This document shows positions 1-12,084 of a DNA stretch of 64,000 nt, piece after piece. Source of the stretch: Octopus bimaculoides (Eukaryota); contig NC_068982.1 in assembly GCF_001194135.2 (NCBI RefSeq), forward strand, positions 167,268,750 to 167,332,749, in the 5' to 3' direction. Both the position numbers and the translations under genes were made by a program. The stretch's first letter is position 1. Each line of letters opens with the position of its first letter. A model generated the notes under the pieces. It saw nothing but the letters and a program-made list of their open reading frames with translations. It had not been told where the DNA came from and made no database searches.

Positions 1-1512
1 AAGTGCTTCTGCCATCTTTTAAAAACTTAGCATGCTAGATGTTTCATGTTCAAGTCCTTCGAGGACCATACAATATATTTGTGTGTTAGTTTTGTGCAAT
101 TTTGTGTTGTCTGGTATTCATTTTTATTTGTTGTAAATGTTTAAATATTTTTTCTGTCATTTCTCCTCATCTTTTCAGTAGTATATTTTTCATTAACCTT
201 TCTGTGAATTAATAAAAGCAATTAGCTTTTACTTATCCAGACCACCTCTAGTCTTCATAAACTTGAGTGATTTTATGTGAAATTGCATTTATTCTGCAGC
301 AGGATAGTTAGCCCATTCAGTCGCTTATGCCTGAAAATACTTCCTTATCTGTCAATGTTATTTGGTAGTGTTATGTTTCCAATAACCATTGGCTGTTTTA
401 GAATTACAGCTATCTACATTTAAAATCAATTTTTGCATGTGTTCAGGATTAGACTGTAATGAAGGTAATTCTCTCTCTCGGGACAAATACTTATATTAGA
501 GGCATGTCAAATCTTGTAAATTCTAGTATACTGTATAATTCTTGTTTGGTTGAAGGAACAAAAATTCAAGAAGTCTGTAAAAGCATTATTTGCAAATCCT
601 GCTAGATCTTGTAAGAATCATGTTCTGGCATGCTAATCCTTGTATATTTATTACCATACAATGACAAGTCTTATTGCATTTTTGCTTTCATTCATCTTTT
701 TAAAGCAAATTCTTTTTGCTTTTTGATAAATGTTATTTTCATTCTCACCTTGATGGTTTCAAGTTAGTGGCTTAATAGCAGGCTGGCAATGTTGATAGGT
801 TCATGATTTGGGTTTTCAGTCCTGTCTCATTCATCTAAACATCATGCACTTGCTACCATTTCGACTGGCTGTTCCTTGCTGCCTAATTTCAGTAATTGGA
901 TAACCCTTTTTGATCTACTGGTGCACTAATGATACCATTCTTGATTCTAGAAAACTGAAAGTTTCAGTAGGAACACTACTGTTAACTTTGACCTGCTAGA
1001 AATAACATCTGTACATCTCTGAAATCACTCTCTATTGTCTAGAAGTAATGAAAGGTTATGTTTGATAATGTAACCTTGTTTTATTCTATACATGGGAAAA
1101 TGTTGTGAAAGTCACAGTTGAAACATCTTTGACTATAGGTCAGACCTGCTCAATCAAAGCTCCTTAGGACTAAACAACTAGTGACTACTTCTGTCAGGCT
1201 CCCCATACTGTTTTGCATAATGCTTAGTTGGGAGATACATGACATATTTATATATGTGTCTTATTATTCTAGGTGTTCTAATAAATGACTTGGTTTTCTG
1301 TAATGAAAATAAAGTACTAAACTTTTAAAGAGACTGCTTTGTTGTACCTGGTGAAAAGTCATTATTTGTCACAAAAGATCTTTGGTATAGGGTAGCCTCA
1401 CTTTTACTTTGAAATTCTTGTAGCTTTATGACTTTAAATGCATTTATCTTAATGACTATGTAGGAAGTTGGCTTGAATTTTACTAGGGTTCATAAGAAAA
1501 TTCATCCTATGG

Positions 1513-1651
1513 TAAGTAAAATGATTTGAAGATTTAATATGGTGACTTGATAGCTAAATTAACTAAGTTTGGTTGATGGATAAGTGTACTCGTTTAAAAG
1601 ACATAAGACTTCACATCCCAAATACCATAGTTACTGACAGTTTTAGTGAGG
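1513..1651. repeat. Dispersed direct repeat, copy A (139 bp; partner at 5644-5786)
   Basis: TAAGTAAAATGATTTGAAG...GACAGTTTTAGTGAGG recurs at 5644-5786 with about 9 substitutions and a 4-nt A-run indel. Confidence 0.9.
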
Positions 1652-3959
1652 GTATAAAAATATACACTAGTAGTATTTTAATTTACTTAACATGGTGACT
1701 AATTACATTATTGATCATTTGAGAGTTTCCAGATTTTCTGAATAGAATTGTATCTTTGCAGACATGGTAGATTAAAAAAGATTGAATAATTACTTTGTAC
1801 TTCATTAAGAGAATGATTTCAACTTGCTTTTCAGCCCTAAATTTCACTCCACCTTTTGTAGTTAGATTTTTAAGAGCAAAGACGAAAAAGGTATAGTTTA
1901 ATGTGCACCAGTTATGTTGCCAGTATGTGTATTCAAGGTGTGGTGGCATTTTGAAGTGGATAATTGTGTATTACAAATAAGAGGTAGCAGCGATAGAGCA
2001 TTACAAGCTGAAGTTGATTACTTTATCAGTATTAGTTATAGGATAGAAAATAGGCTTTATATCATTGAAAACAATTCTGTTTTTTGATAACAAAGGATTT
2101 CTTCATTGTACAAATGGTTTTGGTATGACTCTGAAGTGAACCATATGTTTTTGAATTCATTGCCTTTTCCAGAAGGTGCTGTTGTCAGCTGTGGCCTATG
2201 TCTGTTTTTATTGCATAGAATGTAAGATTGTCAAAAGTTTAGCTAGCAAACTTTAGCTCTGGAAGCTGATGAAGTACTTATTTATTCAGTATCCATAGTA
2301 CCTAAAGTATTGTAATCTAGATACAACTTGTGGGAGGTTATTCTGTGTTTGTACATTTACCAAGTATGCAATATAAAATCAGTGAAAGGCTGCATACAAT
2401 ATAACCTTTGACTAATGAATTAGTTCCTCATTGATCTGGCTAGTTGTGATTCTGTGACTGCTGTGTAAAAGTGGGGGATAAAAAAAATAGGTATTTTAGT
2501 GTGCCATGGGAGAAAATGTTTTCTCAGATTCATTAATTAAAAAAACTCAGTTGGGTTTTTGTCTAGATACTGAATCTCTAATTTTTTAGAGCATAGTGTA
2601 TAGCGCTTGTGAAAATATGGGTAGCTGATTTGTTTACAGACAACTTGGATTTCCTACACTATGGATTTTGAAATAGTATGATAAATTTTATATAGTTGTT
2701 TCACTTCATGTACTCTCTCAAACTAACTCTTTAATGTGCTTTGAAATGGACTACATGCTTTAAGCTCTAAATTTTAGAACAGGGTTGTCACATTTAGAAT
2801 AATGTTTGAAAACCATTGTTGTACCTTTGGGCACATCTTTCATTTCCCTTCCTTAATAATGAAATCTTAATCTCTATGTTGACTTTGGGAAGGAATGTTA
2901 TTACATAAAATACCATTAAAATTTGCAGATGTCAATTTCTTCTTTTTTGCATAGAAAAAAGAAAAATTATTCCCAGTAAAAAGAAATCTGTAAAGTTGCT
3001 GGTCTCTTACATTGGTACAATTTATGAATTTGCAGGGGAGACACACAAATTGATTTAATCCTCCCAAGTACATGCCTAGTACATATTTCAATGATTTTGG
3101 AAAGATGAAAAGCAAAGTCAGTACCAAAATGGTTTTAAAGTTAAGAACAAAACTAAATACATACTTTCCTGAATCCATTACATGAAAACAATGTAAGGTA
3201 TGGATTTTGAAGACCTGGTATTTCCAGGTCTTTGAAGCAGGCTGGAATGTAATTTTGTAATGAAATAAATATGCAATGAATTTAATATGACCTTAGAAAG
3301 TAATTTTAGTCCCTTGAAAAAGGAAGATAAAATGAGAAGCTTAAGTAGATATCTAATTAAATTTCACTTGACAATAGATGAAATGGATAGCTAAAACAAC
3401 CAAAGGCAAATGCTTTGTTAGCAAAAGTTCTTTTGTCATGCTGAGTAGTAAGTTGCTTGAAAATGGTGATCTGTTGTCAAAATGAGTATTTATTTAGAAT
3501 TAGTGTTGTAATATTGTACTAGACAAATTAAATAGAAGATAAGAATTGTTTTATAAACAAATTAAAAAACAAAAGACCTAATTTTCCAATTAGGTGTCAG
3601 TAATGGGAGTTTTTGATAGTTTTAATTATTAAGGAAGTAACATTAACATGCTTTTTTTTTTCATGGTTTTTATTTCTAGTAGATGGCCTGACATACTGAG
3701 TGAAGTTATCTACTTGACTGATTACATTGGTTTATGTTTAAATATTGGGATGAATGAAAGAAACCACTTAATTATTAAGAAACAATTGAGAAACTTAAAA
3801 TATCTGTCTTCAGTTAGGTTTAATCCGTTACAAAATAATGCAGTAAAAGATAAAATGTTGGTGAAGGATTGAAATGAGTATTAGCAGTAGCAGCAGATTC
3901 TGGACATGTTTGTATTCTATTTGAACAATATTAATGTAAAGTGTTCTTGAACAGTGTCA

Positions 3960-4020
3960 TTATCATCATCATTTAACTTCCCTTTTTCCATACTGGCATG
4001 GGTTGGATGGTTTGACAAGA
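3960..4020 (-). mobile_element. Short 3'-terminal fragment of RTE LINE family
   Basis: CATCATCATTTAAC...TTCCATACTGGCATGGGTTGGATGGTTTGAC matches the reverse complement of the LINE 3' end at 8580-8643. Confidence 0.7.
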
Positions 4021-5179
4021 ATAGATGAGCTAGTAGTTACAGACATAAACCAATGTAATCAGTCAAATAGATAAGGCACATAATTCTGTTTGCTTCAGTG
4101 TTCCTTGTTTAAGAGTTTATTAACTTAAATATAGCTACTGAAAAGGTTAGAGGAAGTGTGGGCATCACAATTGAACAATTTCCTTTAAAATGTAGAGTAC
4201 AAAGTACTTTGTTACAAACAAAAACTAATATTTCTTGAAAATGTGCAAGATTAGGAGTTCATGTATAGATGCAGTAGCTGAGTATCTGATAACAGAGTTA
4301 CTTGTCTAATCTTTTAATGTGAACACATTCTTGCTCCCAGTTTTTCTCTGCTACCTGTAATTCTTTGTTGGATGTGGTGTTGGTAAGTTCATAGCAAACT
4401 TAGTCTGGGACAAGATTTCTGTTCCTGTTGGAACAAGTTCATATTTTATAAATGTTCTTAGGAAGGATATAAATATTGCAGCTTCCCATTTTCTCTCCTG
4501 TATAAATTTGACACTTCATAAATAAAACTCTTATGAAGTGGCAAGTCTGTATTCCAGTTGAAACTATCAGGCTGTTGGACTACTGATCATAAGGTCATGA
4601 GTTCAAAGCACCGACTAAGTGGTGAATTGTATTTTTGTGCAAGTGCTGTAGTCCACTCAGATGAAAGAGTTGTGTCTACTGTAAACTATTAACCCCAAAT
4701 CTTGCAAGTGCAAGATGTCAATAGCCCTTGATGACTCTATCACTACAACCTCTCAAAAATAAAGAATTTCTTAATGTTCCATCTTTTTTGTGAGGTTCAC
4801 TGTTTTCTGATCTGATGTGTAACCATTTCTTTCCAGTTCTGACTTGGATATTTTCCATTATTAATTCATAGTACTTTCTCACCCTTGAGCAAAACTCAAG
4901 TCCACATCAACTCATGAGCTCTATGCTATATCTACAATTCATTTTGCCCTGCTGTATTATAGCTGTATATAAGTGTATGTAATTGAAAGCCTGAGATTAG
5001 ATTAACTATGGTAATTTGATAATACCATATATGGAGTTTGATTTGGGGTCACAAAGCTTCCCATTGTTTCTACTGTTATTGGTAGTATTTTTTTTAATAT
5101 TATTGCAACACCTGAGGGTGATGTATTGACAAAATAGTTAGTGTCATATAACATGTTTTGTGGTATTCTGGTTCTTTAC

Positions 5180-5310
5180 TTTCTAAGTTCAAATCCTGCT
5201 GAGATTAAGTTTACCTTTTGTCCTTTTGGGTTGATAAAATAAACTATCAGGTAGTTGGGTAGATGTAATCTACTTTTCCCTCCTGCTGATATTTAAGACT
5301 CTGTGCCTAA
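5180..5310 (+). mobile_element. Degenerate SINE fragment (family of 60198-60393)
   Basis: GTTCAAATCCTGCTGAG...CCTTTTGGGTTGATAAAATAA resembles TTCAAATTTCGCTGAAG...CTTCTGGGGTTGATAAAATAAG at 60270-60330. Confidence 0.55.
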
Positions 5311-5643
5311 GTTAAAACGATTTGTGCAACACCTTTCTGGCCTTCTTCATCCATGAATTTGAACTCAGTATGTCAATAAAGCACTCAATTATATGGAGTT
5401 TCTGCTATGTTAGTTGAGAAAAACAAAATGCTTTGAATATTGTTATGAAGACACTTTAGTGATCCTTGTAACAAAGCTTAACTCATCTAATTTAATACTA
5501 CCACCTGCTATATGTGTATTTTTAATGGAGTTCATTTTGTTATAAACATTTGGCTCTCTTCCTCCAACGAGTCTTGGAGGTCTGGAAAAAATAAAGGTTC
5601 AATATATATATATAAAGACATGTGTGCTGCCTCTCTCTTCGAC

Positions 5644-5786
5644 TAAGTAAAAAAAATGATTTGAAGATTTAACATGGTGACTTGATAGCTGAACCAACTA
5701 AGTTTGGTTGATGGATAAGTGTACTTATTTAAAAGACATAAGTCTTCACATCCCAAATATCATATTTACTGACAGTTTTAGTGAGG
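5644..5786. repeat. Dispersed direct repeat, copy B (partner at 1513-1651)
   Basis: Direct alignment by eye, about 93% identity to 1513-1651. Confidence 0.9.
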
Positions 5787-6141
5787 TGTAGTGCTTTTTT
5801 GTTTTCTTCAGAGTTTAGTTGTGTCTCCACTATTTCTACGATATAACTCTCTTATGATGTGAAATAGCAATGGTATCTGTATAAAATCTATAGTGGTAGA
5901 AGTGGCATTAGGCAACTTGAGCAATACTGTTGGTGCAGCAATGTCTATAACTAAGTAGTCCTATCTCCTTGGTTTCTTCTCCAATTAGTTTTGCCTTTTT
6001 ATTAAGTATGATGTATTGTATTTTAATAATAATCCAGACATGCTACTGATTTAAAATATTTTGAGGAGTGTACATGCTAGATAGTATTAAAAAGCACTTA
6101 AGTACAATATATATATATATAGATAGATAGATAGATATAGT

Positions 6142-6213
6142 GTCCAACCCTTGCTAGCATGGAAAATGACTATTAAATGATGATGATATATATCATCATC
6201 ATCATCATCATCG
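6142..6213 (+). mobile_element. RTE LINE extreme 3' fragment with (GAT)n tail, abutting an opposite (CAT)n run
   Basis: GTCCAACCCTTGCTAGCATGGAAAA...TAAATGATGATGAT followed by ATATAT and (CAT)n CGT. Confidence 0.7.
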
Positions 6214-6874
6214 TGTATATGTTTTTTGTAAATATGTTTTTTACTTAATGAAACACATGCATATATGTAGGTTTGTCAGAGTGTATTTCTATAGACCTAG
6301 TTTAGTCTATTGTATCCTATACATCGTTATATATGTATGTGTATATACAATTGCATGTGCTTCTGAGACATTTTCATGGAGCTGTTTTAAAGGATCTATT
6401 TCTGTATTGATGGGTTTTCCTGGTGAAATTAGATTAGAATATCAGTTCTATTTGATCTTATGCTTAAATGCTTTCAATCATTGATTAAATAGTATTCTTC
6501 TTATTGTTGTATAAGTATTTCATTTAAAGTTATATATATTTATATCAATGGATTACACTCACATGCACATAAGTATGTGGAATGAACTAAAAACCAATGA
6601 AGACATATACATATAAAAATTATTTTCATTCACCCTGGACATAAAAGAATATACATGCATGTGTTCACATCACCAGGGAATTGTTTAATATAATCTTGTT
6701 TATATATACTTGTTATCTTGTGATGTACCTTGAGGCATCATCAGTGCTGTTATTTGGGATCATTGGTTGATTTGGGGCTTTCACTAATCAGACACCATTG
6801 GCCGGGTTACTTAGCCAGGGTTGAAGTAAGTCCTAGCTTGCGTTGAGTTAGCTCTACTCCAGAGGATTTATATA

Positions 6875-7380
6875 TCATCATCATCATCATTTAACATCTG
6901 CATTCCATGCTAGCATGGGTTGGACGATTTGACTGGGGACTGGCGAACCAGATGGTTACACCAGACTCCAGTCTGATCTGGCAGAGTTTCTACAGCTGGA
7001 TGCCCTTCCTAACGCCAATCATTCCGAGAGTGTAGTGGGTGCTTTTTACGTGCCACTGGCATGAGGGCCAGTCCGGCAGTACTGGCAATGGCCACACTCA
7101 AATGGTGTTTTTTTTTACATGCCACCTGCACAGGAGTCAGTCCAATGTTTTGTTCACATGCCACCGGCACAAGTGCCTGTAAGGCGAAACTGGAAACGAT
7201 CATGCTCAAATGGTGCTTTTTACATGCCACTGGCATGGAAGCGAGACCGCTGCTCTGGCAGTGATCCTGCTTAGATGGTGCTGTTAGCGCGCCACTGGCA
7301 CGGGTGCCAGTCATTGAATTTGGTTCAGTTTCGATCTCACTTGCCCCAACAGGTCTTCGCAAGCTGAATTTAGTGTCACA
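6875..7380 (-). mobile_element. RTE LINE 3' UTR copy (5'-truncated)
   Basis: (CAT)n tail then TTTAACATCTGCATTCCATGCTAGCATGGGTTGGACGATTTGACTG..., reverse complement of 8440-8643; contains repeated TTTTACGTGCCAC...GCCAGT modules. Confidence 0.9.
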
Positions 7381-7546
7381 CACATACATTGTGCATATGT
7401 ATATATGCACACACATGTGCATATATCTATCTGTCTATCTATCTATATATATATATGCACACCCACACACACACAAAATGAAAGAGAGAGAGAGCACTAG
7501 CTATGTATTTTTTATATATATATGTACATACAGATTTGCATGTGAA

Positions 7547-7589
<43 letters not shown>

Positions 7590-7591
<2 letters not shown>

Positions 7592-8643
7592 CTTCCGCTA
7601 TCTGGGCGACCAAGTTAGTAGTGGGGGTGGGTGCGCTGAAAGTGTAGCTGCTAGAATAAGAATAGCCTGGGCAAAGTTTAGAGAGCTCTTACCCCTGCTG
7701 GCGACAAAGGGACTCTCACTCAGAGTAAAAGGCAGACTGTATGACGCATGCGTACGAACAACCATGCTACATGGCAGTGAAACATGGGCTGTAACTGCTG
7801 AGGACATACGTAAGCTCGCAAGGAATGAAGCCAGTATGCTCCGTTGGATGTGTAATGTCAATGTGAATNNNNNNNNNNNNNNNNNNNNNNNNNNNNNNNN
7901 NNNNNNNNNNNNNNNNNNNNNNNNNNNNNNNNNNNNNNNNNNNNNNNNNNNNNNNNNNNNNNNNNNNNNNNNNNNNNNNNNNNNNNNNNNNNNNNNNNNN
8001 NNNNNNNNNNNNNNNNNNNNNNNNNNNNNNNNNNNNNNNNNNNNNNNNNNNNNNNNNNNNNNNNNNNNNNNNNNNNNNNNNNNNNNNNNNNNNNNNNNNN
8101 NNNNNNNNNNNNNNNNNNNNNNNNNNNNNNNNNNNNNNNNNNNNNNNNNNNNNNNNNNNNNNNNNNNNNNNNNNNNNNNNNNNNNNNNNNNNNNNNNNNN
8201 NNNNNNNNNNNNNNNNNNNNNNNNNNNNNNNNNNNNNNNNNNNNNNNNNNNNNNNNNNNNNNNNNNNNNNNNNNNNNNNNNNNNNNNNNNNNNNNNNNNN
8301 NNNNNNNNNNNNNNNNNNNNNNNNNNNNNNNNNNNNNNNNNNNNNNNNNNNNNNNNNNNNNNNNNNNNNNNNNNNNNNNNNNNNNNNNNNNNNNNNNNNN
8401 NNNNNNNNNNGGCACATAAAAGACACCATTTCGAGCGTGGCCGTTTTCGTGCGGGTGACACGTAAAAGCACCCACTACACTCTCTGAGTGGTTGGCGTTA
8501 GGAAGGGCATCCAGCTGTAGAAACTCTGCCAAATCAGACTGGAGCCTGGTGTTGCCATCCGGTTTCACCAGTCCTCAGTCAAATCGTCCAACCCATGCTA
8601 GCATGGAAAGCGGACGTTAAACGATGATGATGATGATGATGAT
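7590..8643 (+). mobile_element. 5'-truncated RTE-clade LINE: RT C-terminal coding part, N gap, 3' UTR and (GAT)n tail
   Basis: SFRYLGDQVSSGGGCAESVAARIRIAWAKFRELLPLLATKGLSLRVKGRLYDACVRTTMLHGSETWAV is typical RTE ORF post-RT sequence; 8411-8643 ends TTAAACGATGATGAT; (TA)n on both flanks; continuity across gap 7869-8410 is inferred. Confidence 0.88.
7869..8410. other. Assembly gap (542 N)
   Basis: Run of N. Confidence 1.
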
Positions 8644-10304
8644 ATATATATATATATGCATGTGTGAATATCTGTATACATGTGTGTGTGCATGTTATCT
8701 TTTTACATTAAGTAAAAGAACATTTTATCTGCTTTCTTCACATCTTTACAAGTACATCTTCCCATAATTACATTTATATCTGTGATTATTTTTTCTCTTT
8801 TCTTAATTTTGCTATTTCAGTTCCTCTTATTCTTTCACTTCCTCTACTTTGTTCCATCTCAGCCCCTCTCCTTCCCTTTTTTCTTTCTTCCATCTATTGG
8901 GCTGCCTTTTACATTCTAGAGTTGTTAGTAATTTTTTTTCCAGAGTATTACATGGTGAAGCCTATTCTGTTGTAAATAAAAATTAATTCAATAAAGTATT
9001 AAAAAATCTGTTAACATTTGCAGGGATTTACTTATAATTTAGTGATGTAATAAAAGCAAGCAAACTAATTATAAGATAAAAGGTGGATTATACCTTTTTG
9101 ATGAAATTCCTCATTTCTTAAAAAGAAATCTGTTGCTTTATTCTGATATAACAAGTAGGCATTGTTGTGAATTGAGATGTTAACTCAGTAGTATGTTAGA
9201 TGAGCAGCTGATCCTATGTGATGCATTTTGCTGCAGCCATTTGCAAGTCATTTTAATTTACAAATGGGTCAAATCTGTCTTGCTATAAGTAGGTGCTCTT
9301 CAAGTATTGGAAGCTCTGAAAACCAGAAATATTCAGTTAGCTTGTAGGTCTGAGTTTGAATCCTGCCATCACTGTAACTTAAAGAGGTTGGATTCTATGT
9401 TCTTGGTTTGTGCTTCTATAACTCATTGGTTTATGGAAGTTTGCAACAACAAAAACAAAATATAAAAAGAGAGAGGAGATGACCAAGCTAGTAGAATGTT
9501 AGATTAAATGCTTTCTATTAAGTTTCTGTTTGCAGTCCAAACCATGTTATCATCAGCTGAGAATTTCATCCCTTCAGAATCAATGTACTGTGGTTGGTTC
9601 AATTGGATTACACTTTACCTTTAGTCAATAATGTCTTCAGGAGAAACAAATATCAGGGGATCTCTTTAAATCAAAGGTGCCATACAATGCTATTAATTAA
9701 TGCCTCGATATAATATCAGCTTTGGTTTGGTTACATATAAATTTTCTTTTGTTTAACTAAGTAATCTAAGTATGATTTAATTGCAAAAGTCTTTCTCTCT
9801 CTCTCTCTCTCTCTCATATGTGTTTTTAATGCTTGACTGTTTACCTTCAATCATTGCTCTTTTCTCTGTGGAACACCTTTATTTTTCACTCTTCATATCT
9901 GTGTTAATTTATTTACCCTGTGTTGCTTACATGCAGCCATTACCTTAGTTTCTTCTCTTAGTCCCTTCCCACAATTAATACATGATCTGACACAGTTCCA
10001 ACCCTTATTTTAATCACGCATAAGATATTTATTTGTCCTCTTCATTTTGAACTTTATGACATCAAAATATTTTGTTATGTACTTCTCCCACATCCTTTGA
10101 ACTACATCTACTCACAATAATAATAATAAAATAGATCATTGAATAAATCAAATCTGTAGATTAACATACATTATTTACCTTTTTGTATCTACCTCCCTAT
10201 ATTTTATTAGTTAATCAAATTGTGATTCAAAGGAGTGTTTCTTTTGTTAAATGTTTAATTATGAAACACTGTAATTTGTTTGCTCATTTGTTTCACTTCT
10301 GTTT

Positions 10305-10610
10305 TTCCTTGCCAGCAAGGGTTGGAGAAGCATTTTATGGCTGGATTCCCTTGCTGTCAATGACCCATACTTGTTCTTCAAATAAGCAATTATTTTTTTA
10401 TTCCACTTGTCTTTGAAAGTGCAGAACAACTGGTTGTAATGTCAACAAATAATATAAGCATAATGTTACCGTTTCTCTCTGACAGTAACCAGATAAACTG
10501 TGTATTGTCAGTGTTTGTACAAGATACTGCACTGTGGCACTGAACACAAAACGACATCACTGCAAAGCAAACTTCTTAACCACGTAACCATGCTTGTACC
10601 TCATTCCTTT
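10305..10610 (-). mobile_element. Degenerate SINE pieces
   Basis: GGGTTGGAG...TATGGCTGGATTCCCTT and CTGTGGCACTGAACACAAAAC...CAAACTTCTTAACCAC resemble SINE/RTE family segments found elsewhere in the window. Confidence 0.5.
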
Positions 10611-10844
10611 ATATACTGTTTAAATGTTTCAGCTATAGTATTTGACTTTATCTTATTTTCATATGCTTATTCTTGTAACTTTAATTGAATTACAGGGCTA
10701 ATGACATTTGCAACATCTGTCTAATTATCAAGAAAGTGTAGTAGCAATGTTCAGTTGATTGTCAGGTTCAAGGATACAGCATAGAGGTTTTGAAATAAAT
10801 TAAGTCAGTAGTTAAACACTTTAATCACATTAACATTACTTTTC

Positions 10845-10871
10845 TAATAATAATAATAATAATAATAATAA
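10845..10871. repeat. (TAA)9 microsatellite
   Basis: Nine exact TAA units. Confidence 0.98.
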
Positions 10872-10879
10872 TGATACAG

Positions 10880-11750
10880 GAAACCCTCAGTAAAGAATAT
10901 TTTTGCAAAATAGAGATCCTATGTTCCAAATTAAATGAAGGGGAAACATCTTACAAGCAATCAACACGAGGGCAATGTCCCTAATTAGGTATGGAGCAGG
11001 TCTTATTGACTGTAGAAAGTTTGAGTTGAAGGACATTGGTAAGAAGACAAGAAAGCAATTGACAATGCATATAGTCTGATATTGTCCAGTTTATACCAGA
11101 GAAAAAAAAAAAAGGAGAAGGAATAGGGATAATGAGTGCTTACAGTATTTGCAGAGCTCAAAAGGAGGGAAAACGAAAAATGTGGAAAAGAAAGAAACTT
11201 AGAATGAAAGAAAATCCACTCAGCATTTTTCAAAAACATGAGAGATAAGGGATGACAAGGACAGCTGGCTACCACTACAGAAAGAGGTACTGAAGAAAGA
11301 GAGCTAGAGAGTGCTTTTGACAGCGTAGGAATAGGCTCTAAGGGTAAACTGTATCAAGAGGACTACTCACCCAAATGCAGAATGTGCAGTGATTTAGATT
11401 AGACCAGAGCTCATATTGTATCAAAATATTCACAGGTAGCTCAGAATAAATACAAAATGTGTAGGTAGGCATGATAAGATTGCTGCAACACAAAACTTGA
11501 ATTTTTTGCAAAAAGAAAAAGAGTTGGTTTTGCATTGACAGTGAAAACCTATAAACATTTTGTGGGGATTGCAATGTAAGCTCTTGAAAACAATGAAGTG
11601 AAGTTGTTGCAAGACTTCCATGTACAGAGTGAAAGAAAATTAGAACACACCAGACCAGATATTGCTGTCATTGGTTAGAAGAAACTATGTGTTGTAACTG
11701 AATGGCATGTCCATTTGTTGCTAGAGTAAAAAGAAAGGGAAAAGGAAAAC
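10880..11750 (+). mobile_element. Decayed R4/Dong-clade non-LTR retrotransposon (post-RT region, CCHC finger, restriction-like endonuclease)
   Basis: My translation: 10942-11070 GNILQAINTRAMSLIRYGAGLIDCRKFELKDIGKKTRKQLTMH; 11370-11456 PKCRMCSDLD*TRAHIVSKYSQVAQNKYK (CCHC remnant); 11583-11672 LENNEVKLLQDFHVQSERKLEHTRPDIAVI (RLE RPD motif). Motif order matches R4/Dong ORFs; stops and frameshifts present. Confidence 0.85.
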
Positions 11751-12084
11751 CCCTGTATTTATATCTATCTTTCACTCTCCTCCCATGCTCTTGCAATCTT
11801 ACCCACCCTTCTGGATTCTTCTGTATCTGCTCCCTACTATTCACCTTCTGGGTCATGTTAACTTCAGGGTACATTCTGGCATCTCATCACTGCTATATTT
11901 ACCTTGCTTTTGGGCACCACTCTACTTCCCTAATTCGCCCATGTAAAATGTGAGGTAGCCATGAATCTTCTTCATAACAATAAACCTGGTCTTGCTTTTC
12001 CTATTATTAACCACTCATCACATCACATCACTTAAAACAACTACCCTATCTCCTATCTCAGTCTTTCAAGTTACAAGGTGAATT

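Noticed and set aside
1464-1511. Possible 48-nt micro-exon TAG|GAAGTT...CCTATG|GTAAGT (EVGLNFTRVHKKIHPM)
   Set aside because: No polypyrimidine tract and no similarity to SLK or any protein I recognise; such AG/GT pairs arise by chance in 64 kb
7503-8568. Long ORFs of 234-320 aa in the ORF track
   Set aside because: They run through N gaps; only the RTE segment 7590-7868 is real coding-derived sequence
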